64,000 nt of DNA from Eledone cirrhosa (GCA_964016885.1 OZ024751.1:38936001-39000000), one strand, 5' to 3'; numbered from the stretch's first letter, positions 14,944 to 29,300 are shown. Made by a program: numbers and translations. The notes: generated by a model from the letters alone, not told the origin.

Positions 14944-15246
14944 TGTGTGCAATAGTGTGTACCGGCGTCAGCTTCATTTTAACAACTCTCATTTAAACAG
15001 GTACAGCCAAGAAATGGCCGGTTTCTACTTTAGTATATTTTCCCATTTATTTTCTCTTTCTTTCATTCTATCCTCTGATGAATGACTAACCTCCGAAACG
15101 CTAAAAATTTCCTCCCAATCCATCATGCGTTGAATTAATATATATATATACATATAAATATATATATATTTCCATTTTACTCTATCGTACCCATGTTTTG
15201 TTTCCTCATTTGTAACGAATCGTGCACATAGATCATAAATAAATAA

Positions 15247-15287
<41 letters not shown>

Positions 15288-15622
15288 TGGATGTTCCACT
15301 TGAACATTAATCCGGTATCAGTATCGATCAGCTTACGCGTAACTGTGTTGCAGAGAGAGATACGATTTTGAAGTTTATAGGACCTTACAAAAAACGAGTG
15401 GATTAAAGAATGGTTCTGAAGTTGACATTCAAGTCTCTATCCTATATATATTTTTTCCATTCTGCCAGAAATAATTTGAAGCTTGTTAAATATTAACGAG
15501 TGACAGACTTTCGTATTTCGGGAGGTAAGAAAGAAAAAAAGTCTTTTTACGCTTTCTTGCTTTACAATATATTCTTTTCGATTATTTTAGAATATTCTAT
15601 TACTCCATATAATATTCTGAAA

Positions 15623-15899
15623 TAATTATTTCTACTTTTGGCACAAGGCCAACAATTATCACAGTGCATTACTGGTACTTTATTTTATCGACCCCGTAAA
15701 GATGAAAGGCAAAGTTAACCTTGGCGGGATTTGAACTAGGACCATAAAGGGCCGTAACTCTTTTCTGTAAGGCATGGTGTCCGACCCTCTACCGATACTG
15801 CCAATCCACCGCCCTAGCATGGCGTCCCATCCTCTGCCGATACTGCCAATCCACTGCCCTTACGGGGATTGGCAATATCGGTAGAGGGTGGGACGCCAT
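15623..15899 (-). mobile_element. SINE S1 with duplicated and inverted 5' head
   Basis: Full copy 15623-15814, second head 15817-15859, inverted head 15866-15899. TSD TATTCTGAAATA (15613-15624 / 15900-15911). Confidence 0.88.
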
Positions 15900-17810
15900 T
15901 ATTCTGAAATATCTCTTCTTAAACAATGAGAATAATTGAGTACTTATGGCTAAGGTTGTGGATGCAGCATGGCCGAAACGTTAAGAAGTTTTCTTGTGGA
16001 CATTTCTCAACCATAGGGCCCTGCTTGGTATCTTGCGCAATCCTTTTTACCATGTCTCTCGTCGACCAAGGCGTTATGTAGACTGGAACAGTTGGAGGTC
16101 TGTCACCTAGTCACTTTAAAAATTAGCTTTGTCATATGCTGCCACGTTGAATCTTCCTGAGAACTATAGTCATTTGTGCATTGATTTACGTTGATATTAC
16201 ATAGTATATTTCTATAACATGGGTAAAACTGTTTGTCTATTTTACATATATGAAAACATATTGCCAATCGTGTGTTGATTTGAAACCGGGGCAGCAGAGT
16301 TACCATGTACATTTATCAATTGTAAGTACAAATATTCACATGACTTGCTTGGTCCAGGAAGAAATATTTTACATTATTCTCGTGCGTATCTGCTGCTAAA
16401 ATGATATATGTGACAGATAATAGAATAAAGAACATCTGTAATGTCCGAGATACATGCAACATAAAACGTATTAAAGCTGAACTAAGCTGCAGCTGCACAT
16501 ATAATCTTCTTCTTCTCCAGCTAAAGACTTAGCTGAAGCGAGTGAGAAAAACGGAAGAGGACAACACAAAATACTTGCTATAGTTACCTGATTTAATTGG
16601 ACTCAAGTAGAACGAGAAGTGGACAAGATGCGAGTGCGAGAGAGGGAGGTGAGAGAAGGTGTATGATAATTGAAAAAGGAACAAGAAGACGCTTGCCCCT
16701 TATTTGCGCAATGTTTCAGTTGCGATATGCAGTTATATGCATTATTTAAGAAATAACACAGGATTCTTCATTGTAATGGGAAGGGATCATTGTACATTTA
16801 TTGTTTCACTTCTGCTCAGCGAATACAGAGATTAGTATTAATGTTTAATGTCTAGTCGACGCACGAGCGAGCGACATTTCAACCCAAACCTCCATCGTAT
16901 TTTCCCAGCTTCTCTTTGTATTATTTTTATTTCTTATTTCGTTCTTCCTTCTGCCTCATCTTTCTAGTCTTGTTCTATCATAATCTCATTCTTCTTTATC
17001 ATCTCCGTGCATCAACATAACGACTTGAAGTTTGCCAGCCGCACACTAACTCGTTAAACATGGTATAGGATGCGATCACATAAAAACATCTGATAGTTCT
17101 CACTTCCTTTTCTTATTTCTAATGAAGGATTAAATATAAATGATATGATATTGTGTAGGGAAAATTGTGTAGGAAGTCAGTGCTCGTTTCGTCGATAATG
17201 GCTTCCATGCAAATTGTTCATTCACTGCCACATTTGGAGTTAAAATAGAGATCAATTTTAATATTTTTCCTCACAAATAATGGCTGTCTATATATAGTTT
17301 GTGACTGTTCAAGGAGTTTTAACAAAAGAACTTTACATAAGCTCTAAATTGAAATATATATTTATATTTAGTTTTATATTAGTGAGGAAGATAGCATTTT
17401 AGTGGAATTTATTCCATTTCACCTTCTTAAATTCATTAATGCTGATGTTGACAAAGTCACATGTATAACAATCAAAGCTGACATATTAGAATAAATATTT
17501 TCTAAGCTTAATAATTAAAAACATATTTTTGCTCCTGTTTCTACATATCAAATGTTCTCTTCGCCAAGATACTGTGATTTCAATGGCAACATTGAAGATT
17601 CTGACATTTATAACTCTCATCAGTTATTGAAATGTAACTATTCAATAAAATGATAGTAAGCAAACGTAAATGTTACCCTTATTTTTTGTCAAATATTTTG
17701 TATGTTCTTAAAATTATGGCCACGACTGTAGGTAGGATGTTTCATCCAGATTAGCGATTTAAATACAATGGAGCGACAAATACACATTGTTATAAACGAC
17801 GTATGTATAT

Positions 17811-17915
<105 letters not shown>

Positions 17916-18190
17916 CATTATAAAATATATTACTGTTTCAAACGTTACGATATTTTTGCGTGCTATTAGTGATTATATAGGAACAAAAATCTTTCAATGA
18001 AACGAATAAATTGGCCAGCTGCGGATCTCAGCTGAATACACTTTATACAATATATAACAGTTACAAACATTGCGCTTGCTTAGTCAACACATACACGAAG
18101 AATAATTTTATGTCATACATTAATTTCTAATTTAGGGACAAGGCCAGCAAATGTGAAGGTCGATACTTTATTTGGTCACTCATGGATAAT

Positions 18191-18374
18191 AATTGTTTCT
18201 ACTTTTGGCACAAGGCCAGCAATTACCCAGTGCATTACTGGTACTTTATTTTATCGACCCCGTAAGGATGAAAGGCAAAGTGAACCTCGGCGGGATTTGA
18301 ACTCAGATCGTAAAGGGACGTAACTATGCTGGAAAGCATAGCGTCCGACTCTCTACCGATACTGCCAATCCACC
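18191..18374 (-). mobile_element. SINE S1
   Basis: Near-identical to 8205-8388. TSD CATGGATAATAAT (18181-18193 / 18374-18386). An older S1-like fragment lies at ~18121-18180. Confidence 0.92.
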
Positions 18375-19843
18375 ATGGATAATAATAATTACATTATTGT
18401 TTCTGTATATTTATTATGTTCAGTTTTTCTCTTTCCTGCCTCCATCATTTTTTTCTTATTATTACGTGTTCCAATTCAGTAATTTAACTACGTTTGTGGT
18501 GACTCAGGAACCAGTCATCTTGACCGGTTATTATATATAAGCTGTATGTGTGTATATGGGAGAGAACGATAGAGACATTTATACAAAGAGAGAGAATCAG
18601 GAAGACTAAAGAGGAGACAGATAATTAGAATGAGGAAGAAGAAGACCGTTAAAAGAGAGACAGAAAATTACAGTAAAAAGACAAACGGAGAAAAAGACAG
18701 TGAAACGACAGACAGGCAAATACAAACAACAAACAGAGAAAAACAAAGAGACAGTGGGTCAAATATATATGTGAGACATTTAAAAACAATAAGTATAGAG
18801 AAGGAGGGTTTCAATATAAGTGTCTTGGTAAAGGGGAAATAAAACCAGATGGGATTTTTATTTGGTAAATCACTTTATGAAGAAGGCAACAAAAACAAGA
18901 ACAATTGCAACAACAATAAAGAACAACGGAAGTAAAAGTTACAATTCTTGAGAATCGGCACGGCCACATTAAACATAGCTTTATATAGCTTCGGGACATC
19001 TTACAATCTTGAAGATATACATACATATAGAAGCAGAATCATATATATATATATATAAATATATATATATATATGCACATATATATATATGTGTATGTAT
19101 ATATATATATATATATAAAGATACACTGATAGGCATATATACATAAATATATATACATACACATATATAGAAGTATATACGTATATGTGTGACCAACATG
19201 GTCATGATTATTTTTATCATCACCACAAACCCTATCCTCGATATCTCCATCCCCTCATCTTTTCCTTTATATAGTTGTTGTTGTTGTTGTTGATGTTGTT
19301 TGTGTCACTTCTTCTTCGTCGTTTGTGATTCGTTCTTATCCCACTCAGAAGCGTTTGTTTTTCCTTTTTTTTTGTTTGTATTTTACAAATAACGCTATTA
19401 CCATTTTTAATCCTGCCCACAATCTTCAAATACGTTCAGAGACAAAAGGGAGGATAGAAAGAGGAAAGAAATGGCAAAGACAAAATGAAAACAAATAAGA
19501 AACTACCCACAAGCAGATGGAGTGTCGTTATAGAGGCGATCTTTCAACGCTTGAAAAATAATCACGCATCGTCCGGTTATACCATAGGCTTTTGTGTGAA
19601 AGTACCACCAACAATACGGTGTATCTTCAACAGAAATAGATTACAAACGTAGAACGTGATTCTCAGAATAACAGAGAAACTAACCATTCTTTGCTTTTCT
19701 TTTTCTTGTCTATTTATTTGAGTCTATTTTTACCATTTTTGTAGGTTTTATATTTGTAATTTTTGTCAGCTTAATGATATACTAGAAGGAAAACGAAGCC
19801 AACTCCCGCAGGAGAAAAAGCAACTAGCTAAAGTTGGAAAGCA

Positions 19844-19875
<32 letters not shown>

Positions 19876-19995
19876 CTCAAACACATACACACATACATTC
19901 GTCTGTGTCTACACACACACGCACAGACATATATATATATATATAAAATAAAGTAAAATAAAAAGTCAAATGTTTAAAATTTAGCTTCGTTTATT

Positions 19996-20050
19996 ACTGC
20001 TATATATATTTCGGTGACAGCCATCTTTGGCTGTGACCTCTTCAGGCAGT
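19996..20050 (-). ncRNA. Minimal type I hammerhead ribozyme motif
   Basis: Minus strand reads ACTGC-CTGAAGA-GGTCACAGCCA aaga TGGCTGTCACC-GAAA-TATATA-TA^GCAGT. Intact CUGANGA/GAAA/UH core, 5-bp stem I, 11-bp stem II with one mismatch, palindromic stem III. Confidence 0.9.
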
Positions 20051-20189
20051 CCGAATTAGTGTGGTATAGACAAGTACATATGTTGTTGAGGTGTATAATT
20101 TTGTCAATACTCTGATATGCCCAGTTCCTGGTTGGGTTGTTATTTCACTGAGGAACTGGTGTTGCTATACAACCAACATATACTCAAAA

Positions 20190-20221
<32 letters not shown>

Positions 20222-20238
20222 ATCTTGCTTGCTCTCTC

Positions 20239-20306
<68 letters not shown>

Positions 20307-20444
20307 TTAATCTATTTCCTTTACACTGTTGGATTATTTCGGTCTGAAAGATCTCATTCAGGCAAAGTAGTCGTTTATCCCTTCGTATATAAGTGACATA
20401 AACGTGTTTGTTTATATATATATATCAAGAGAGAGAGAGAGAGA

Positions 20445-20517
<73 letters not shown>

Positions 20518-23095
20518 GCGGTGGTCTTTTACAGATTCTCCAGGACAGTTAAAGTGTCTGGATGACCCGAAGCAATGCTTGACTATACTTCCCGGTCTGT
20601 GTAAGCTATATAATAACTATTTAACATCTTTAACCGTGCATCCATACCTGTGCCTTCAAGTCGGTCTGTGAGTGTGTGTGTGTGTGTGCATGTGTGCCCA
20701 TATATATGTATGTTTATACGGTTACGTATCTCCAGATAGCAGCACACCCGATTTCTTCCAAAGAACGAGAGAGAGAACGAGAGGAAGAAGTGAGAAAGAG
20801 ATATAATTGAGAATATCCTTGCAATTACCCGACAAAAAACTTCCTCTAAAATGTTCTAAAATAAAAGGAATACAAATTGTTTTGCAAATTGAAAACCCCA
20901 CAACTGATTTAGTGATCCTGTTTTTTTTTTTGTTTTTTTTGTTTAAAAGCCAAATAATGAACATTGGCATGTTTCGATCTAATTAAACTTTCCAGCGAAG
21001 CATATTCTACTCAATGAGCTTGCCTTAGAAGTATATATATAGAGATATAGAGAATATGATGACGTTAATGATGAATATCAATAATATTGCTGATAGAATG
21101 CACGACAAACAATTTCCCTTGCATCTTCAGCGCTATTGCTTATTCGTAATTTCGATTAACTCATTTATTGGAGTTACCCCCCTTGACTTGTTTCCATTTA
21201 AGATATTCAACAACCAGAGAGATTGAGTCTTTGTTCAGTAATTGCATGGATAATTTCAATTAATCGAATTTTTTCAACTTACTATATTATAAATGCGAAA
21301 CCCTAAAATATGGATATTTTAAATAGATGAATGTTTTTTTTTTTGTTTTGTTTTTTTGATTTTGTTTTTGTGCTGTTGAAAGATTTCGTTTTCCAAATTA
21401 CGTATATATTACAACAACAAAAGAACAATTCTTTCCTTATGAAAAACGAAAAGGAAAACATATCTTTGATCCTAGAATTGATTAAATATTTTTAACATTT
21501 AATTGCTGTCAAATTTATGATTTATTTTTGCAGCCTCACACATATATTGGCAGACTCATGTGCACGCACACATGCACATATAGGGACAAAAACATGTAGG
21601 CATGTATGTGAAGAGAAAACTTAATTGCTTAGATCAAATATACAACTTCAGTAGCCATTTTTTTGTTTTTTGTAATATCAATATATGTAGATAATAGTAT
21701 ATTTTCATAACAGGAAAAAATATATTGCCATTATTCGATTCTAAATAAAATGTTTAGAAAAAAGAGACTGGCTGTTTTTAAATATAGAATTTTATTGAAG
21801 AAAACGTGCTTCAATAACTATGCGGCCACTGTGATTGTAGAATTCAATTTGTATTGCAGTGGTGGCTATTGTTGCGTTTCTCAACTGACGAATTGTATTG
21901 TATAAATTGTCTTCTTTGAGACAGACTATTCTCTATTGTCGGGCAACGCTTAACCCAATCACCTACACAATAATATATTGGGATTTTTTTTCTCAAATAA
22001 TATAGGATAATATTCTATATTAAATCAACTTATGTCTTGCAGTATGTTCGATTCCCTACCCATTGTGTAGTTGCTCAAAACATTATTTCACGTCACTCCA
22101 AGTAAAAGTTACCAAAAAGGGGTTTCGACGACAACAGTGCAGAGCTATGTCGGCTATCAGCCCTTGCCTTTCCCTGGGATAACATTGATTTCGTTGAGAG
22201 GGGAGTTTGCATGTATGGGTGGCTGCTGGTTTTCCCAGAACACATCTTGGCGCGAGGCTTGCAGCATGGTGGAAAATATCCCAGAAGAAAACTCATTTTC
22301 TGTCTAGAGCGAAGGGAGGAAGAGTAGATTTCTGTTTGAAGTAACATTTCTGAAGTATAAAAGTATGATATTTGCTATAAAATGAGACCTCAATCTCAGT
22401 AAATGACAGACGACATTGGAAAAAGAATTCATGTTTCTTTATATTTCACTCATGTTATATTCTGGTTTCGAATCTTCCCATCAAAGTCTTGCCTACATGT
22501 TTCTTTGATGTCGATAACATATGTATTTTTTGTATATGTATTCAATTATAAAACATTGACATTAACTACCTCCGCCCAAGGGTAGTACAATTGTATGGTG
22601 GTAGCTGCGCTGATCATTTATAAAATCCCTGGGTGACAAGAGAAAATTAGACAGGTTTGAACCCCAGGAAAAGTAATCACTTCTATCAACTATATACACA
22701 CCCAACTGCCTTACAATGTTACAGTATTATGACAATACTTTGTTGTATGAAACTGAAATAAAACACCACAAAAATAAATATATGCCTGAACATATTATTT
22801 AACCCTGTGATCAGAATCAACCTTGTTACCTTCCATTTTGCAGGTGAAGTCTATAATTTATGTATGCACGTGAACGCTCGTAACTCATTTATCCATGCTT
22901 AGACTCACACACAAATTAAAAGAGATACAAATAGAACATGATACCAAACATAGAATTATGATGTCTTAATGTTTAAGAGACATGGGTCTTGGAGGGTTGA
23001 TATGTAATATACACCTTAATAATAAAATACACACACATGTAATACATACACAAACATATGCAGAAACAGAAATGTGGGTATATATACATATATAT

Positions 23096-23285
23096 AACGA
23101 AGGAAATGTGGTACGGAACCAGATGGACCATATCGCATCAAAGTACTCAATACTAGTGGGTAATAGGAACGAGTAGGACCCCGACGGCTGAGCTCAAGCC
23201 ATTTCGACGGCTAATTCTGGACTAAATTTAGTCCAGAATTAGCTGTCGAAACGGCTTGAGCTCAGCCGTCGGGTTCCTACTCGTT

Positions 23286-23290
<5 letters not shown>
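23096..23290 (-). mobile_element. Hairpin-tail family A, copy 3
   Basis: Tail reverse-complemented at 23096-23162. Palindrome 23163-23290 has 64-bp arms, 3 mismatches and no loop (centre TGGACTAAA|TTTAGTCCA). Confidence 0.85.
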
Positions 23291-23337
<47 letters not shown>

Positions 23338-23491
23338 CATATATATATATATACGCGTGTAGAGAAGAGTACATAGCGAATGTTTTTTTTTTTCATTTCT
23401 CGCAATTGTTATCAACGTAACATAAATATGAACGCATCCTATGTACTGAGTGCCTCTTACACATGGATATTTCTACCAACCTTATAAGACA

Positions 23492-23577
<86 letters not shown>

Positions 23578-23601
23578 ACACATATATGCATATATACATA
23601 C

Positions 23602-23636
<35 letters not shown>

Positions 23637-24266
23637 CATTTCTGAATACTGATTTATGTAGCACAGATATTAGATGTTTCAGTTGATATGTTAGATATCG
23701 ATTTATTGATCCACACGCACGCGTTCACATGCAAGTATTCGCATACGTACACATGTACACATACATTTGTACACAATGCACGCAGACGTAGACACAAAAC
23801 CAAATATATCGGCATACATAAACAATTACATACACACACACATACTCACATACACGAGGCACTCTACTACCCGTATATCCATATATTCACAAAATGGAAT
23901 TCCACATATTTGCCCATCTTTTGTGAAGGAAACTAATGTAAACATATTACAATACAATTATCTAAAATACAAAACAATATCATATTTATTAGATCATACA
24001 CACGTAATTTAAGTACAATTCAATTATATAACATTGGTATTCTCTTGTATATAAACAATTTTCAAAACATTTGTCGTTATTTTTTGAATATTTTACAACT
24101 AATTTAAGTAATTCATTAAATTAATTATGTTTACAATTGGTTATTTAATGAATATATGGACAATGAACTTGTTAGGTGGAGTGGAAATTAGCAATTGTTT
24201 AGGTGAAACTGATAAACGCCAGGTTTAGATGCATAAATACATATAAATGTGTGTTTATATATATAT

Positions 24267-24309
<43 letters not shown>

Positions 24310-24335
24310 CGTGTGTGCGCGTGTGTGTGTATGTA

Positions 24336-24388
<53 letters not shown>

Positions 24389-25594
24389 ATATATGGGGGC
24401 TAATGTAGTTTGAACGTCTGTCGGTATTTCATTTTGTGTAAGTGAATGCTGTCTGTGTGTTTATGTGTGTACGCGTGTTCATCTACGTGTGTCTGTATGC
24501 GTGCGTCTGTGCATGTGTGTTGCTGTGTGTGCGTCAGTCGGTGTGCATGAGTACTTGTGTCTCTGCGTGCGTGAACCTGTGTGTGTGTGTGTGCCTTAAA
24601 GTGTGTGTGTATGAGAGAGTGATTATGCCTGTGTATGCCTGTACATGCGTGTGCGGAAATGTGAGGGGTTTTCTATGTATTGCTTAGTGGCTCAGCTATT
24701 ACGGTGCAACCTTGATGATGGAATGGTCGTGATTTCGAATCGTGGCGACTCTTTGTGTTCTTAAGTAACACACAAAGGTGTCCCTTAAGCAATTATAGCA
24801 TTTAATCGTGTTCGTGTATAACACTTGATGTATTCACGTTCAGGTCTGGTAAATTTGACGTCGTGTTTACGTATATGTATGTCAAACGTTGATACCATGT
24901 GGACAGATATCCCCTTGACAGTCCTCTAGTAATAGTGTCCCTTAATGCATTAGACTATTGTTAACATTTAGGCGTGTTCGTGTATGAATTTACGTTTATT
25001 TACACTTAGGTTTGATCATTTGACTGTCATGTTTACGTAAAAATGCAAACTTCTGAGATAACGTGTTGTTGCTATTATGAATTTCGTGATACACCCTTAT
25101 CACAGAATATATATTTATGGTTGTACAGTTTTCACCGAAGACGTGTATGTTTGTGTGTGTTTAGTGGAGCGCGAATCACCTTTTTTTAAGATATCAAACA
25201 TACAATACGTGAAGGGAACATTTGATAATTTGCCGTTTACTTTCTTTTTTATACAAGATTTGCCATGAAATTATCACAAACACAGCCTAACAATAGTTTC
25301 CTTTACAACAGCAGTGAGACCTTCACCCACCCTCTGTTTATATATATATGTATATGTGTGTATGTGTGCGTGTCAGAGTGTATGTGTTGTCACCCACTTA
25401 TCATTAGTGAACCTGTAAATCCTCACAATAGGAGTGAAGAAATGACTGTAAATGAAAACAAAATGACAAACATCTGTCAAATATTTGATAATATATTCCA
25501 GATATAACTTTGTGTATATGTAATTCTCTCACATTACTATCTTACATTTTAGACACACACACAGTAGATATATATACACATACACATACCCCCT

Positions 25595-25625
<31 letters not shown>

Positions 25626-26252
25626 GCTTTGACTTTTACATTTGAAGGCTAACAGTTTGTGTTTTGTTTTTTCACACACCAGATGATTTCTTAGGTATCA
25701 TCATGCTCCAAATAACCCCGTATTTCTGATAAATTCCAGTTAAATATGACAAGTTTTTCTCTCTTCTGTGTCTTTTGTGTAAGTCTTAATCTTTCTTTAT
25801 TCGCATTCTCCTTTCTCTTATGTGCTTGACGCGAAACACAAAAAAAGTGTGTATATAATTTTTATCAATTCTGAAGGGACCGTAGTATGTATAGGGTAGT
25901 AATGGCTTTTTTTCTATTGTTATAGTGCTTGAATAGAAGGGACATTTAGCTAATTCTACGGCGATTGCTTCAATTGTTTGGTCAATAGAAGAGCCTTCTC
26001 GTGAGATTTTCGTCTAAGTGGCTGAGCATTCCACAGAATGAAGTAATGTTAACATAATTCGCAGAAATATTCAGCGTGACACAGTGTCACAAATCTGGCT
26101 CTTTATATCATATGTACAGTTAGAGGTTGGCTGGGGAGAAGAGACTGTCCGTCCTTGGGCTGCTTTTTCCCATTTTAGTCCTGTGCGGAGCCAGTCCTGA
26201 ATTTATATCGCAAAGATACTGCTATATGGTCTTTTCTATTTAAACTATATAT

Positions 26253-26571
26253 ATACAAAATTTCTTATATAAATTGTGACATACCCAAGAAACCAGACCT
26301 TATCGTTTCAGGTTCAGTTTGAACATGAACCAATAAGGTCTAGTTTCTTGGGTATGTCACCATTTATAAAAGAAATGTTGTATTTTATCTGATGAGGGCG
26401 TACCAACATTTTGGTACCCTTGAAATATATATAATAAAATAAATATAGTTTTATAAATATAGTTTAATTTATTAATATCATTGATATTATACTCCAGAAA
26501 AACTGTAGAGTGCTTCGAATCTGTTATAAATAAATTTGTTGAATAACCAACGAATTAATATCTCTTTGCTT
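26253..26571 (+). mobile_element. Penelope-like remnant: 5' palindrome, hammerhead and 3' tail
   Basis: Imperfect palindrome 26253-26383, hammerhead 26381-26441, TACTC..GAGTGC hairpin 26490-26513, ending in a TA-rich array. Confidence 0.78.
26381..26441 (+). ncRNA. Minimal type I hammerhead ribozyme motif
   Basis: TATTTTAT-CTGATGA-GGGCGTACCAA catt TTGGTACCCTT-GAAA-TATATA-TA^ATAAAATA. Perfect 8-bp stem I. Confidence 0.88.
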
Positions 26572-26594
26572 ATATATCTATATCTATATATATA

Positions 26595-26805
26595 TATATT
26601 TGAAAAAAGGAAAAGAATGACTTCACTTGTAGTTCTAAACAATTTGATTTATTTTTATGATTTTACAATTTAGTTTCGTAGATCTTCAAAACTAAATTGT
26701 AAAATTATAATATTATAAAATTAAATCAAATTGTTTAGAACTACAAGTGAAGTGATCCTTTCCCTTTTTTCAAATATACCTAACTGTGCCAAGGATTTCA
26801 TGAAA
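26595..26805 (+). mobile_element. Fold-back palindromic element in (TA)n
   Basis: Imperfect palindrome 26595-26778 (ACTTCACTTGTAGTTCTAAACAATTTGATTT and its reverse complement) plus a short tail, between TA arrays. Confidence 0.7.
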
Positions 26806-27295
26806 TATATATATATGTGTGTGTGTAGAAGTTATATTTAATTTGTTGGGACAAGCAAATATTTTTTATAACTGATATAAAGCACTCAACAAATTTTTGG
26901 AGTAAAGATACAAACTCATATTTTAACAGTCACAACTATATAACAGGTGGATCTATAAAATATATAAATTTTATAACTTACTATAAAATAATATAAGGTT
27001 CTCTTATAATCTTAATTTTTTATCATCTTAACTTTTATAACATTTAATCATTAGAACTATCAAAATTACAAATAAATCAATTAATTTCCCCTCACGCTGT
27101 ATTGCTATTACTAAGAAGAGTTTTTCTTCGGTAACATCTCTGAACATTCCTACATTTTAAACATATATTTTGTTATTTCTTATAAGTTTTATTGTTAATT
27201 GAAAAATGAATAATAAATTGTTGATTGATGATTAATAATAAATTTATGTAAGGTTACGTAATAATAACATATATTTTAATAATATGTTTTGATGG

Positions 27296-27332
<37 letters not shown>

Positions 27333-27832
27333 GTGTGTGTGTATATATATTCTTTTAATAAAATATAGATCTCAATTTTTAATTTTAACTTTTATAGATC
27401 TCAATAATTTAATCAAATTTAAACAATAGATACATTTCTCCGGTTACTACTATTTATTTATTTATTTATCTATACACGCTAACTCATCCAACTATATATT
27501 TATCTTTTCACTTCATCATTTCATAAAACTACGTTAATACAACACTCTCTCACTTAGGGTTTTATCTCTTTCTCTTTATTTTGTTTTTCCTGTTCCTTTT
27601 CCTTTTCTTTTTTTTTTATTTTCCTTCTTTGGGTTTGCTCTTTCTTTTTCTTTTTTTTTTTCCTATTCCAACGGCTTAATTTAAATGTATGGGATTTAAA
27701 CTTCTCCGACACTAATTTGCATAATACACCAATAATAAAATTAGTAACCCCACTATCCGGGAGCTTCCAACAGACATGGTCGCATTCTTTTAAGGGTATG
27801 TCGATATTTGTTTATAAAACTGATCTATATTA

Positions 27833-27897
27833 TATTTTATCTGATGAAAGCGCACCATAATTTGCTTTGGTGTCCTTGAAATATGTATAATGAAATA
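27833..27897 (+). ncRNA. Minimal type I hammerhead motif, diverged paralogue of 26381-26441
   Basis: TATTTTAT-CTGATGA-AAGCGCACCA...TGGTGTCCTT-GAAA-TATGTA-TA^ATGAAATA. Flanks (GGGTATGTC upstream, TTTTATAAATATAGTTT downstream) match the 26.4-kb copy. Confidence 0.78.
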
Positions 27898-27951
27898 AAT
27901 ATGGTTTTATAAATATAGTTTCCATTTATTAATATATTGTATATTAATAAA

Positions 27952-28131
27952 TGGATTGGCAGTGTCGGTAGAGGGTCGGACGCCATGCTTTCCAGCATAG
28001 TTACGTCCCTTTACGATCTGAGTTCAAATCCCGCCGAGGTTGACTTTGCCTTTCATCCTTACGGGGTCGATAAAATAAAGTACCAGTAATGCACTGGGTA
28101 ATTGCTGGCCTTGTGCCTAAAGTAGAAACAA
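27952..28131 (+). mobile_element. SINE S1 inserted into the tail of a hammerhead element
   Basis: TSD ATTAATATATTGTATAT (27928-27944 / 28131-28147). Confidence 0.92.
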
Positions 28132-28611
28132 TTAATATATTGTATATATATATATATCACGAAGGTTCAAAAGTTAATACGTTATTTATATGACTTTCAG
28201 GTGTTTAATTCTCCAAAGAATATTATAATTGTTACCTTTGTAGAGAGATCATCAGAATCAATTATATAACATATCAAAGGTATTTATTTGCCGAGCATGT
28301 GTGTGTGCACCATGTTGCTTCTGAAGACGTTGTAAAATGTAAATAGCTGGACCATGGTGTACGTCACTACAGAATGAGAGATGCTTGAATGCATGACATG
28401 GATATATCAATAGACAAACTACATGTTGAACTCATGTGTTTATCATATGTATGTATATTGTTATACCAATGTATAACAATATACATACATACAATCCCAC
28501 ACACATTCAATCACATACCTTACTGTATATCACTTTCTAAGTGTATATCTGTGTATAGTCATCTATGCAAGACCTTGCATACATGTATACATTCACTATA
28601 TATATATATAT

Positions 28612-28804
28612 ATAGGAACGAGTAGGACCCCGACGGCTGAGCTCAAGCCGTTTCGACGGCTAATTCTGGACTGAATTAGCCGTCGAAACGGCTTGAGCTC
28701 AGCCGTCGGGGTCCTACTCGTTCCTATTACCCACTCTACTACCCTAAGTATTGAGTACTTTGGTGCGTTATGGTCCACCTGGTTCCTTACCACATTTCCT
28801 TCGT

Positions 28805-28805
<1 letters not shown>
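28612..28805 (+). mobile_element. Hairpin-tail family A, copy 1 (Penelope-like remnant)
   Basis: Perfect 55-bp arms 28612-28666 and 28673-28727 with loop TGGACT, then a 78-bp tail ending ...CCTTCGTT. (TA)n on both sides. Confidence 0.85.
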
Positions 28806-28838
<33 letters not shown>

Positions 28839-28936
28839 TACAGGTTTGTGGGTATAAAATATATGTACACATGCAAACTAACAACATTGAGCAGAAACAT
28901 TACATAAATATATTATATGGACATGCATTAACACCC

Positions 28937-28983
<47 letters not shown>

Positions 28984-29133
28984 CATGAGATAAGTATTTA
29001 TGTTAAAACTATTTTACATACACCACTCCTTTTGGTCTCAGTATTTTTACACCATCTATTTACAGATTGAGATGCCGATTCTCTTTTCTCCATGTTATGC
29101 TATATAGAGGTTCGATATTATATATATATATAC

Positions 29134-29261
<128 letters not shown>

Positions 29262-29262
29262 T

Positions 29263-29300
<38 letters not shown>

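Noticed and set aside
24776-25050. Diverged ~160-bp tandem duplication with a mariner-like GGTGTCCC start
   Set aside because: No matching right TIR or TSD could be established.
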